Source of the DNA: Amoebidium appalachense
Lineage: Eukaryota; Protista; Ichthyosporea
Reading direction: 5' to 3'
Length of the DNA: 64,000 bases
NCBI GenBank assembly: GCA_963693365.1
Contig: CAVNZM010000013.1
Coordinates: forward strand, 3,128,722-3,192,721
The translations under genes were made by a program, and so were the position numbers. Under the pieces are notes generated by a model. It searched no databases. It saw only the letters and a list, made by a program, of their open reading frames with translations, and was not told the DNA's origin. Shown here piece after piece: positions 27,690 to 39,600 of this stretch (positions are counted from its first letter, which is position 1; each line of letters begins with the position of its first letter).

Positions 27690-30600
27690 GCTGCTGCCGG
27701 GTGGGTGACCCGTGCCGTGCCTGCTGGCCAGGGCTGCACTCTGCTGCTGTGGGCCGTTGCGGCTGCGTGGGTGTGGTCTGTAGCTGTTGGTTGCCCGTGG
27801 GTGGCCCTGGCAGGGTCTGCAGGCGGGGTGGCCCCTGCATTGGCTGCCGGTGTGGGCTGCCTGCCTGGGCTTCAGCCTGCGGCTGCTGCTGCTGGCTTGG
27901 TTGCTCCTGTTGGTGCTGTCGGCTGGGTGGCCCGTGCTGGGCCTGCCGGCCGGGGCTGCAATCTGCTGCTGCATGCAGCTGCTGCAGTGTGGGTGTGATT
28001 TGTTGCTGCTGGCCGGGTAGCCCATGCAGGGCCTGCAGGCTGGGTGGCCCCTGCTGTGGCTGCCGGTGTAGGCTGCGTGCTAGGGCTGCAGCCTGAGGCT
28101 GCTGCTGCTGGCTTGGTGGCTCCTGTTGGTACTGTCGGCTGGGGGGGCCGTGCTGGGCCGGCCGGCCGGGGCTGCACACTGCTGCTTCAGGCAGCTGCTG
28201 CAGTGTGGGTGGGGTCGGTTGCTGTTGGCTGGGTGGCCCCTGCTGTGGCTGCCGGTGTGGGCTGCCTGCTGGGGCTGCAGCCTGAGGCTGCTGCTGCTGG
28301 CTTGGAGGCTCCTGTTCGTGCTGTCGGCTGGGTGGCCCGTGCTGGGCCGGCCGGCCGGGGCTGCGATCTGCTGCCGCAGGCAGCTGGTGCAGTGGGGGTG
28401 TGGTCGGTTGCTGCTGGCTGGGTGGCCTTGGCGGGGCTTGCAGGCTGGGTGGCCCCTGCTGTGACTGCCGGTGTGGGCTGCCTGCTGGGGCTGCAGCCTG
28501 TGGCTGCTGCTGCTCGCTTGGTGGCTCCTGTTTGTGCTGTCGGCTGGGTGGCCCGTGCTGGGCGGGCCGGCCGGGGCTGCAATCTGCTGCTGCAGGCAGC
28601 CACTGCAGTGTGGGTGTGGTCGTTTGCTGCTGGCTGGGTGACCCTGGCAGGGCCTGCAGGCTGGGTGGCCCCTGCTGTGGCTGCCGGTGTGGGCTGCCTG
28701 CTGAGGCTGCAGCCTGAGGCTGCTGCTGCTGACTGGGTGGCTCCTGTTGGTGCTGTCGGCTTGGTGGCCCGTGCTGGGCCTGCCGGCCGGAGCTGCCCGT
28801 CGCTGCTGCAGGCGGCTGCTGCAGTGTGGGTGTGGTCGGTTGTTGCTGGTTGGATGGCCCTGGCAGGGCCTGCAGGCTGGGTGGCCCCTGCTGTGGCTGC
28901 CGTTGTGGGCTGCGTGCTGGGACTACAGCCTGAAGCTGCTGCTGCCAGCTGGGTGGCTCCTGCTGGTGCTGTCGGCTGGGTGACCCGTGCTGGGCCTGCC
29001 GGCCGGGGTTACCCTCCGCTTCTGCAGGCAGCTGCTGCAGTGTGGGTGTGGTCGGTTGCTGCCGGCCAGGTGGCCCTGGCAGGGCCTGCAGGCTGGGTGG
29101 CTCCTGCTGTGGCTGCCGGTGTGGGCTGCCTGCTGGGGCTGCCGCCTGAGGCTGCTGCTGCTGGTTTGGCGGCTCCTGTCGGTGCTGTCGGCTGGATGGC
29201 CCGTCCTGGGCCTGCCGGCTGGGGTTGCAGTCTGCTACCTGCTGCTGCTGCCGTGTGGGTGTGGTCGGTTGCTGCTGGCTGGGTTGTTCTGGCAGGGCCT
29301 GCAGGCTGGGTGGCCCCTGCTGTGGCTGCAGGTGTGGGCTGTCTGCTGGGGCTACAGCCTGAGGCTGCTGTTGCTGGCGGGGTGGCTCCTGTTGGTGCTG
29401 TCGGCTGGGTGGCCCGTGCTGGGCCTGCCGGCCGGGGCTGCACGCCACCGCTGCAGGCAGCGGCTGCAGTGTGGGTGTGGTCGGTTGTTGCTGGCTGGGT
29501 GGCCCTGGCAGGGCCTGCAGGCTGGGTGGCCCCTGCTGTGGCTGCCGGTGAGGGCTGCCTGCTGGGGCTACAGCCTGCGGCGGCTGCTGCTGGCTTGGTG
29601 GCTCCTGTTGGTACTGTCGGCTGGGTGGCCCGTTCTGGGCCGGCCGGCCGGGGCTGCAATCTGCTGCTGCAGGCAGCTGCTGCAGTGTAGATGTGATCGG
29701 TTGCTGCTGGCTGGGTGGCCCATGCAGGGCCTTCAGGCTGGGTGGCCCCTGTTGTGGGCTGCTGGCGGGGGCTTCAGCCTGATGCTGCTGTTGCTGGCTT
29801 GGTGGCTCCTGTTGGTGCTGTCGACTGGGTGGCCCATGCTGGTCCTGCCGGCCGGGGCTGCCTGCTGGGGCAGCGGCAGGCTGATGCAGCAAAGTGGGTG
29901 TGGGTTGGTGCTGCTGGGTGGGGCTGCAATCTGCTGCTGCAGGCAGCTGCTGCCGGGTGGGTGTGGTTTGTTGCTGCTGGCCGGGTGGCCCATGCAGGCC
30001 CTGCAGGCTGGGTGGCCCCTGCTGTGGCTGCCGGTGTGGGCTGCCTGCTAGGGCTGCAACCTGAGGCTGCTGCTGCTGGCTTGGTGGCTCCTGTTGGTAC
30101 TGTCGGCTGGGTGGCCCGTGCTGGGCCGGCCGGCCGGGGCTGCAAACTGCTGCTGCAGGCAGCTGCTGCAGTGTGGGTGGGGTCGGTTGCTGCTGGTTGG
30201 GTGGCTCTGGCAGGGCCTGCAGGCTGGGTGGCCCCTGCTGTGGCTGCCGGTGTGGGCTGCCGGCAGGGTCTGCAGCCTGCGGCTGCTGCTGCTGGCTTGG
30301 TGGCTCCTGTTCGTGCTGTCGGCTGGGTGGCCCGTGCTGGGCCGTCCGGCCGGGGCTGCAATCTGCGGCAGCTGGTGCAGTGTGGGTGTGGTCGGTTGCT
30401 GCTGGCTGGGTGGCCCTGGCGGGGCCTGCAGGCTGGGTGGCCCCTGCTGTGACTGCCGGTGTGGGCTGCCTGCTGGGGCTGCAGCCTTTGGCTGCTGCTG
30501 CTGGCTTGGTGGCTCCTGTTTGTGCTGTCGGCTGGGTGGCTCGTGCTGGGCCGGCCGGCCGGAGCTGCAATCTGCTACTGTAGGCCGCCGCTGCAGTGTG

Positions 30601-31270
30601 GGTGTGGTCGGTTGCTGCTGGCTGGGTGACCCTGGCAGGGCCTGCAGGCTGGGTGGCCCCTGCTGTGGCTGCCGGTGTGGGCTGCCTGCTGGGGCTGCAG
30701 CCTGAGGCTGCTGCTGCTGGCTGGGTGGCTCCTGTTGGTTGGGTGGCCCGTGCTGGGCCTGCCGGCCGGGGCTGCACGCTGCTGCTGCAGGCGGCTGCTG
30801 CAGTGTGGGTGTGGTCGGTTGTTGCTGGCTGGGTGGCCCTGGCAGGGCCTGCAGGCTGGGTGGCCCCTGCTGTGGCTGCCGGTGTGGGCTGCCTGCTGGG
30901 GCTGCAGCCTGCGGCTGCTGCTGCTGGCTTGGTGGCTCCTGTTGGTGCTGTCGGCTGGGTGGCCCGTGCTGGGCCGGCCGGCCGGGGCTGCAATCTGCTG
31001 CTGCAGGCAGCTGCTGCAGTGGAGGTGTGATCGGTTGCTGCTGGCTAGGTGGCCCATGCAGGGCCTGCAGGCTGGGTGGCCCCTGCTGTGGCTGCCGTTG
31101 TGGGCTGTTGGCAGGGGCTTCAGCCTGAGGCTGCTGCTGCTGGCTTGGTGGCTCCTGTTGGTGCTGTCGACTGGGTGGCCCATGCTGGGCCTGCCTGTTG
31201 GGGCTGCCTGCTGGGCCAGCGGCAGGCTGATGCAGCAAAGTGGGTGTGGGTTGGTGCTGCTGGGTGGATC
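27690..31270 (-). repeat. Coding minisatellite inside the LINE polyprotein: ~16 x 216-bp (72-codon) Gln/Pro-rich units
   Basis: The marker GTGCTGTCGGCTGGGTGGC recurs at mostly 216-bp spacing (e.g. 28318, 28534, 28750, 28966, 29182). The unit translates as PPSRQHQQEPPSQQQQPQAAAPAGSPHRQPQQGPPSLQALPGPPSQQQPTTPTLQQLPAAADCSPGRPAQHG. Confidence 0.95.
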
Positions 31271-31399
31271 CGGGGTCCCTCTCCTCCTGATACCACCCCG
31301 TCTGGGACGGGTGTGCCTGGGGGGGGGGGGGGGGGGGGGGGGGGGGTGTCCTGGGGGGTGGGGGTGATGCCCGGGGGGTTGTTGGGGTCGGCTGTGTAC

Positions 31400-32900
31400 A
31401 GTGGGATGATGGGACTGCTTGTTGGGGGTACCGGTGGGGGGGGCTCCGGAGGGGGAGGGGGTGCTGGCCAGCCATATTGGACGGCCAGCTCCTTGGCCCT
31501 CTCCCAGAAACCCTGTGGATTTGCCGCCCGGTCTGTTGCATTGACGAGCCGGTGTAGCTCCGCGTGCTCGTTGTCCTCCGGGAAGACCTTCGTCGGTTTT
31601 GACGTGGACTTCTCTGGTTTGCTCTTGGTCCGGCCCACTGTGGTTTTTGCCACCGAGAGAATGGTGGCGGCCATGTACTCCCATCTCCCTTCCACCTCCG
31701 CCTGGGTAGGGGTGGTGGTTGGGGGGGACGTGAAGGCTGCCTCCGTGCCGGTGGTAAAACGTGCCCAGTCCTCCTGTGTGGTGTTCGGTTTCAGCTGGAG
31801 TCTCGGTGTGGGTTGGTTTCGGGTTGGCCCTGGTCCCTGGCCCGGCAGGTTAGGATGGGGCCCGGTTTCGCACCAGGCCAGGTGGTGGTCGGTGTGAAGA
31901 TCCGGTAATTCCGTGACGGAGGCTGAGACCAGTGCCGGGCGTAACGCCGCCGGGATGTATACGTAGTCGATGCGTGAGCGGTGGGGACCGCTGTGGTACG
32001 TATATTCCCTCGTGGTGGGGTGTTCGGCTCGGTAGCTGTCTATGAGTAGATGGGCGTCCATCAGCTCGTGGAGCAGCCCGGGCACGAGTCCTGTGGGCAT
32101 TGCCTGTGCTGAAATGGGGCCGGTTTCGGGCCGTGCACTGTCCAGAGTTGGGTGGCACACCTCGTTGAAATCTCCGGCCACGATGACGGTGGTGTCGTTG
32201 GGGGCCGGGAGGGAGGTGAGAAAACTGGCTACCTGTGAGGTGAGTCGGCGGGCCTGTCTGACTTTTCCCTGTGTTGCATTCGTGTGTTGATAAAGTCCTA
32301 TCACCCACGTTGTGTGCCGTTTTGTGTGATATGGAATAGCTAACATTCGTGCATCTTTGCTATGTGGTTTTCCTTGGCGTCTAAACCACGTTTCGTTTGT
32401 AAGTATCACCACCCCCGTGTAGCGGAATCGTGTTTCCTCCCGGGCTAGTGACGGTGTGGTTTGGTCATTGGTCGAGCTCTCTGCCACCGGGATACCGGCC
32501 TCTGAGGCAGAGAGTGTTGTGTGTGTGTGTCCAGTGGTGGTGGCTGGTGGGCATACATACGTGGCACGCATGGGGATACTTTCGTTTCGAATGGAAAACT
32601 TTGTGCGTGTGAAGGAGCCCGGGGTGGTCCCGGTCTCCGTCAGAATGACTACGTCCATGTCTGCAAAGGCAGCCCACCTGGCTGCCTCAACGATCTTGTC
32701 CTGGCCGGTACGAGTGGTAGGTCCGGCCAGGTTTATAGTTCCAATCCGAATGTGGCTGTGTGGTTTGGCCGGTGGTAAATTTGCGTGGATGATGGGTGAG
32801 ACTAGCTCCCCTTCAAGTGCTTCCAGGGCTGTGTTCTGCAGTGGATCATGTCTGTGGCCTCTGGACCCGGACTTTGCGCTGTGCCGAGTGTTTGTGTGGT
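31400..32900 (-). CDS. LINE apurinic-type (APE/EEP) endonuclease domain
   Basis: EEP motifs are IRIGTIN, DVVILTET, GVVIL, VIGLY, IVAGDFN, LIDSYRAEHP..REYTY, SRIDY and TDHH. Confidence 0.92.
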
Positions 32901-32959
32901 GTCAGGCGCTACCCCCTTTGCCGGCGCCGGGTGTCCGGGCGGGGGGGATGGGGTGGGCA

Positions 32960-33619
32960 TTATGCCTGCCCGTCCCCACGCGGTGGGGGACGGGCACCTT
33001 GGTCAGTTCCCCGTGTCGAGTTAACCGAGGACCTGTGTGGTGTGGATGGGCGTGTGGGCTGTGTGGGTTGGCGTTGTGAGGGGGCCCCTGGGTAACCCCG
33101 CCTTGGTTGGGGGGGGCGCCGCTGTTGGGGTGTTGTGCCTCTGTGGGCCTCAATGGCTCGGTGGCTTGGGGGTCTCGGGTCTCTGGGGTGGAGTGCTCTC
33201 CCCCCCCCCCCCCCTCCCCCCCCCCTAGCCCCGTTCAAGCGGGCTTTCAGTGTGCGGGCAAGGCGGTCCCCTAGCCGTTCGAGCATGCTTGCTAGCAGGG
33301 GGCACAGTGTGGAAAGGGTGGGGGCGTTAGTTTTACCTGGTATGGCGTAGTCCGTCCTGCGTGAGGTAGACCTCTCCATCTCCTCTGTTTCCTCCTTTCC
33401 TCTTTTTCCCGACAACCGCTCGTTTCCATCAGAGCCCGGGGGATGATGGGGGTTCGCTCCCACCCCCATGCTTTCCCCCATCGGTTGTGTGGTTTCTACC
33501 GACTCGGTTGCCCTATTCGTGTGATTGGGTGTGGGTGGGTTTGAGGTGGATAGTGCAGAGAGGGGCATGTCCCCTTCTAGCTCCATGTGGTTTTCCCGGT
33601 TGGGGGTGGGTGCAGCCAT
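32960..33619 (-). CDS. LINE 5' ORF (219 aa, low complexity; no RRM or gag knuckle seen), possibly the N-terminus of a single long ORF
   Basis: An ATG ORF follows a ~600-bp 5' UTR. It contains a poly-G run at 33198-33224 where a frameshift could join it to the endonuclease frame. Confidence 0.55.
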   Translation of the reverse strand: MAAPTPNRENHMELEGDMPLSALSTSNPPTPNHTNRATESVETTQPMGESMGVGANPHHPPGSDGNERLSGKRGKEETEEMERSTSRRTDYAIPGKTNAPTLSTLCPLLASMLERLGDRLARTLKARLNGARGGGGGGGGRALHPRDPRPPSHRAIEAHRGTTPQQRRPPQPRRGYPGAPSQRQPTQPTRPSTPHRSSVNSTRGTDQGARPPPRGDGQA

Positions 33620-34079
33620 GTTTTGCGTAGCGTTTATTTGCTAGATGGTTGTTAACTTTGTGTGTGCGAAATGGGTGAGTGCGGGATGCTGGGATCTGTG
33701 GATAAGGCTATTCTGTGCGCGTTCTACTCTGCTACTGTGTGTGTGAATTCTGTGCCGTTAATGTTTTTCCCCCCAGACACAGATCACTACCACTGAAAGA
33801 GGAAACGTTGGTTTTGTGTCAAGTGCAGAGATAAAGGGGGGGCTCCTTTCCGGCGCGTAACTCCCGTGCCCACCGGCCTACGGGGATGGCTTTTAGTGTC
33901 CCCTGTAGCTGACGTGTACCTCTATCCGCTGGAGTTTTTCTGGGTCCGGCTGTTAGGCGTGCTAGGAGTTCTCCGTTGGACTAGAGGAGCTAGAAAACAC
34001 GTTTTCACGTGTTTCCGACCAGTTTTCGTGGCGACCTGTGCTAATTATTTAACCAGACAAAAATGCGCGGAATGTCCAC

Positions 34080-34132
34080 TCTGATTGGCCATCGCTATGG
34101 GTTCTGGTGCGGTCTATTGTGCCTATTGGTTG
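34080..34132 (-). promoter_or_regulatory. Two CCAAT boxes in the LINE 5' UTR (candidate internal Pol II promoter)
   Basis: GGCCAATCAG and AACCAATAG lie on the minus strand ~90-140 bp inside the 5' end. Confidence 0.35.
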
Positions 34133-34729
34133 ACTTAATGCGGAATTTGCAGAATCATGCAGCCTAATCACCGATTACATGTGGTTTTGATGTGATCGGG
34201 AGCCGGACAAGGTGCGACTGTTCACCAAGCTCTGCGTGTGGTAGTGGTTCTTGAGAAGGGCAGAAAAAGGGCTGCATATTCCGGGGAAGAGGGGGGGGGG
34301 GGAGGAGGGGGAGTTTAAAGGTGGGTGTGTGTTGGTGGGGGGGTGGGTGGGTGGGTGGAGGTGGAGGGGGGCGGGGGGAGGGGGGGGGGGGAAGCTATTT
34401 GGTGAATGGCTAAATTATTTAGCAACTGCTAAGTCGTGACCTTTTGAATTCTAAGGTTGCATTGGCAAGCCTTGGCCATTGAGTAATCGACTTAGAGGCT
34501 GTTCTGCAAACCGCCATAAGCATGGTGGCTTGCATTTATGTAGGCGGTTACCCGACTGACGGGAGTGAAATCAGCTGTTGGTAAATGCACAAAGTCGTGG
34601 CTGTGATTGTGGGAGAGGTTGTATAGATCAATGCAGCTCTTATTACTCACCTTCCAACGAATTATAAAACCCGAAATGTATTCATACAGACAGTCTCCGA
34701 GCAACCCTTGTCCTATAGACCCATATCCC

Positions 34730-34760
<31 letters not shown>

Positions 34761-34835
34761 AAAAAAAAAAGAACTACAGACGCACAGCCGGATGTGACAG
34801 AGGCCAGAAGGGGTTATGAAGGTGTGGGCAAGTAT

Positions 34836-34866
<31 letters not shown>

Positions 34867-35060
34867 AGGGGGGTTTGCATGTGCTTGGTGCACCGGATCG
34901 TGGCTGTGATTGTGGGATTGAATGGTACTCACAGCAGCCAATGTCAAAACCGAAAAGTATCCATACAGGCAGTTTTGAACAAGACTTTTTTCTTTTGACT
35001 GGACTTATTCAACCGAGACTGCAAGCATGCACGTCATACTAAAGGGCAATAAAGGAGGGG

Positions 35061-35095
<35 letters not shown>

Positions 35096-36339
35096 CACCC
35101 GTAGGAGAGAGGCCCAAAACGCGACAAAAAAAACTTACGTCTATCAACATGCTTTCGATTGAAATCTTCAGCACAAAAGTGGCACCAACGGCGATGAAAA
35201 CAAGAATTACAACGCCACTGTACAACATCTCATGCAATATCATCATCAGAGCACCATACAGACATATCTACCAGGCCGTGTATCCAAACGCACAGCAGGA
35301 GAAATGTATACTGCCAGCCCCCAAAGAACGCCAATGATCAGTACGGTGCAGCCTACGGAACATAACACACATGGACTGATTTTTATTATCTAATTCCATA
35401 TCCGAACAAGAAAAAAACTTATGCTGTGCCTGCCAGTGATAATAACTCCGAAAAGCAGGAAAAACAGGAAGATAAAAAAAAAAGAGGGAGTGAGATAGCA
35501 AGAGGAAGGATCTGGGTGAAAGATTTTGGGCTGAGGATATTCAGAAGTGGCGTTGGTGAAACGGGGGGGAAGAGGGATGGGGAGGGGAGGGGAGGGGAGA
35601 GGTAAAAAAGCATAGAGAGGGTGATCATCAGGTAGCCTAACTAGGTGAAAACAAAAACGAAAAGACATTCCTCCATACGACAAACAGCAGTGGGCAATCC
35701 AAACATACTAATCAAATGAGGCACAAACCGAAAATGCCTGCGTCCCCCCCCCCCCCCCCCCTCCTTCCCCTCCCCTCCCCCCCCCCGCCCCCCACCCTGC
35801 TTGGCCCTCATAGTCTCAAGCCCTTCTTTTTCTATCCTTTTTGTCTTTCTTTTTCGCAACGGTAGATGTGGAGGCCGGGAGGGAGTTATGAAGGTGTGGG
35901 CAGCGGGGGGCCCGGGGGGAATGGGGAGGAAAGGGGGGAGGGGGTGGGATTTGTGATTGACAATTTTTAAAGAACATAGATTCTGAGTATGGTAGTGGTC
36001 CTTAAGGAGGGCAGGTTCCGGAGGCAATGGGGGGGTGGGGATGGGGGGAGGGGATGGGGGTATGGGGGCAAAGGGGGAATGGAGGAAGATGGGGGAGGGA
36101 GGGGGGAGGGGGGGGGGGGGGGGGGGGGGGATCTATTAAGAGCTGATGGTTCAGCAATTGTTCAGGGCGACCATGTTATCAGAAAACCAAAGAGCGTTCT
36201 GCAAACCACCACAAAATAGTGGTATGCATTTGTGTGGAGGGTCACCCGACTGACGGGAGTGAAATCAGCTGGGGCAAATGCACATAGCCGTGGGCTGTGA
36301 TTGTGGGACAAAAAAGAAAAAACAGTGCAGTTCTTATTC

Positions 36340-36373
36340 AGTTCGTGTGTGTGTGCCAGTGTGTGTGTGCGTG

Positions 36374-36411
<38 letters not shown>

Positions 36412-36672
36412 AGGGTGGGGAAGGGGCTCAATTGACGGATACAGGATATAGGCTAGGTTTTCCTTTAACACTCTGTGCATGAATTCTCGGTTTTTGAGAA
36501 CACCTACAACCAATTACCAAAACCGAAATGTATTCATGCGCAGAGTGTTTGAGGAAAACCTAGCCTATATCCTGTATCCGGCAATTGAACCCCTTCCCCA
36601 CCCTTCCCCCCCCTCCCCCCTCCCCCTCCCCCCCCTCCCCCCCCTCTCCCACACACACACACACACAAACTG
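36340..36672. repeat. Long inverted repeat (fold-back), arms of ~75 bp unique sequence plus G/C and GT/CA extensions
   Basis: CAATTGACGGATACAGGATATAGGCTAGGTTTTCCT..ACACTCTGTGCATGAAT (36429-36484) mirrors ATTCATGCGCAGAGTGT..AGGAAAACCTAGCCTATATCCTGTATCCGGCAATTG (36532-36587). Confidence 0.9.
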
Positions 36673-39600
36673 ACATCTCCCCTAGTCCTACCCCCCTCCC
36701 CCCTCCCCCCCCCCCCGCCCCTTCCCCGGGCATCTCCGCTCCATCCCCTCGGGGAGTCTCCAATATCCCACCTCCTACTAGTACAGGTACACCTCTTCCC
36801 TGAAACAGAGGCTCCAAATTCACTAAAGCCCCCCTCCCCCCCTCCCCCCAAAAAAGCGTTGGCTTTCTTCTTCATCCTCCCCACTCCCTTCTCCCCCTCC
36901 TCCTCTCCCCCCCTTCCCCCCCCCCCCCCCCCCCCCCCCTCCCCCCTCCCCCCCACCCGCCTCAACCCACCCACAGACACACAGCGCGTGTGCACAACAC
37001 CACGACCACTAGGGTCACCACAGCCATGGTGACCGTCACAACCACCACCCACCCACCCACTTTGTGGAGCTTCTAAAAAGGAAGAGAGACTCTTAGGGAG
37101 GGGAGGAGCAGAGAGAAGGCAGGGCGGGTATTGGCAGGATGTTAGGGGGCAAGGCGGAGAGGGGGGCAGGAGGGGGCGGTTTGAGGGGGGGGGGGGGGGG
37201 GGAGGGGGCGGGGGGAGGGCCACATGCACGTGTTTCCCTAAAAAGAGAGGGGGAGGGGAGGGGGAAGGGTCCTACACATATAATTTCGGTAGGAGGTGGA
37301 AGGAGGTATTTTTTAGTAACTTGGCGAGCGGTACCTGTTTGATGCCAGCCAGATATTAGGGTGGGTTCCTGGTTGGGGAGGCTCCTGATATATGGGTGTT
37401 ACGTGTATTTGTTTTGAGAGGGAGAGAGGAAATGGTGAACAAGGGGGAAGGGAGAGGGGGGGGGGGGGGGGGGGGATCGGGTGGGGAGAGGGGGGGGGGG
37501 GAGGGAAAGAGGAGGTATAATGGTTAACGATTCAGCCAAATTAGTAGGTGACTCGTGCCCGCAGATATTAGCGGTAACTTTATCCCCCCCCCCCCCCCCC
37601 CCCCTCTCCGCCCTCCCCCCTTACTCCCCACCCCCTCTCCCCTACTCCCCCCCCTCCCCCCCCCCCCCCCCCCTCCTCCCCCCCCCCCTCCGGAAGACCC
37701 ACAGACACGTAGCGTGTGCACACACTACCACTACCGCCGCCATCGGGCCGGGGCATCACACCCACAGCTACAGCCACAAACAACCACCCACCCACCCACT
37801 TGGTGGAGCTTCTAAAAAGTAATTAAGATTTGAGAAATTAGGGAAGGGAGGAGTAGGGGGGAAGGGTGGAGGGGGGAGAGGGGAGAGGGGGAGAGGGGGG
37901 AGAGGGGGGGGCGAAGGAAGGGGGAGGGGGGGGTTGTGAGGGGGGAAGGACGGAAGAGGGGCGGCGAGGGGGGGGGGGGAGGGGGAGAGGGGGGGGGGGG
38001 GGGGGGGGGGTTCACATGCATGTGTGGCATGTGTGTGCAAGTGCCTTGCAAAGGGGTGGGGAGGGGGAGGAGAGGTGGGAGGGAAGCTTTGGGGCTGGAC
38101 GAAGGGGCCCCATACATGTATTTTCTGGTGGAAGTGAAAGGAGTAACACCCTAGTAAATTATCCTGCGGTCTGATGCCAGCCGGGTAGGGTGGGGCCGTG
38201 GGGAGTTTCTGATTGATCATACGGGTGTGATGTGTGCTCGTTTTAAGGGGAGGATGAAGGAGTAGGAGCGGGAGATAGGAGCGGGGGGTGGGGGGGTGGG
38301 GGGTGGGGGGGGGGGGGGGGGGGTGGAGTGGGGGGGGGGCGTGGGTGGGAGGGGATGAGGAGGGAAAAGGGGAGTGGGGAGGTGGCGGGGAAGGGGTGGT
38401 AAAAAGGGTTGTCGATTCAGCAACATTTGTAGGTGAATTGTACAGCTACATATGAGCATCTCAAAGTGACTCGGCCCCCTTTCGGTTCGTTGCACTGTGG
38501 CATGCAGACGTTGGGTGGTCGACAAACTGACAGAAATCTGGCCAGCCGAACTACGGCGAGTGACTGATAAAAAGATCATGGCTTGGAAATAGGGCCTATC
38601 TATTTTTGATTGTATCAAATTGTGTAAATGACAGAAGGGAAATGCGGCGCACCAAACTCTGGGTCTAGTGGTGGTTATTGGGGAGGGCAGAAGAAAAGGG
38701 GAGCAATGAGGGGGTGGTGGGAGGTGAGGGGGGATGTGGGTGGGTGGGTGGAGGGGGAGGGGGAGAGGGGCTGGCGGAAAGGGGGGGAGAGGGGGGGGGG
38801 GGGGGGGGGAGGGTTCGTTCGGTGAAGGGCTAAGCAAAGTTCAGCAGCTGCTAGGGGCGTCCTCTTGATTATGATGGCTGTTTTGGCAAGCCTCGAGCTC
38901 CAGGTCGGAGGAGAATTATGGTAGTGCAAACCACCACTGTGGAATGCATTTTATGTGGGCGGTCACCCAACTGACGGCAGTGAAATCAGCTGGTGGTGAA
39001 CGCGCAAAGTTGTGGTTGTGATTATGGGCAGAATGTGTAGATCAAGGTAGCCCTCATCAATAGCTGCCATTATGAGCTGGTACTTACAGCCAAGATCAAA
39101 ACCGGAATGTATCCATACAGACAGTTTTAAGCAAAAATGTGCCCCCGACTCCATATTCGCCCCTTTCATTTCCCTCCTCCTTTCCGTCCTCCAACCCCCC
39201 CCCCCCCCCCCCTCGCCCCCTCTCACCCCCCTCCTTCCCGTCCCCGAGGATTCCAGCTCCACCACCCCGGGGAGATCCCAACATCCCGCCCCTTGGCACA
39301 CCCCTTCACCGAAACAGAGGCTTCGAATTCACCCCCCCCCCCCCCCCCCCCCCCCCCCGTCCCCCCCCTCCCCGTCCCCCCTCCCCCCTCCCCCCCTCCC
39401 CCCCCCCCCCCCAAGAAAAAAAAAAGAAGAAAAAGAAAGAATAAAGAAATGCCAAAAAAAAACAGACAATGGCATTACTACTCCCCCCCCCCCCCCCCCC
39501 CTCCCCCCCCCCCCCCCCCCCGCGCCCCCCTTCGGGGGTCCCGGCCCCTCATTGCATCGTAACGTTGGCTTTGGGGAGTCAGTAAATGACCCTTGGGCTG

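Larger units (their letters stand above)
22623..34222 (-). mobile_element. Full-length non-LTR retrotransposon (LINE; APE endonuclease, RT, RNase H, CCHC), 11.6 kb
   Basis: A perfect 14-bp TSD CACCAAGCTCTGCG lies at 22609-22622 and 34223-34236. An A-rich 3' tail lies at 22625-22665 (minus strand). All pol domains are present in order, and the flanks rejoin into one of the array modules. Confidence 0.95.

Noticed and set aside
27690-31270. CRISPR-like array interpretation of the 216-bp repeat (also considered for 20024-20245)
   Set aside because: The units are contiguous with no unique spacers, no cas-like ORFs are present, and the context is eukaryotic.
28044-31897. Long plus-strand Ala/Gly/Trp-rich ORFs (548, 354, 282 aa, etc.)
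   Set aside because: They are antisense frames of the stop-poor GC-rich LINE minisatellite.
34492-36431. SHNHS peptide in array modules as a MULE/FAR1 or HNH remnant
   Set aside because: The frames are not conserved between copies and no supporting Cys/DDE motifs are present.
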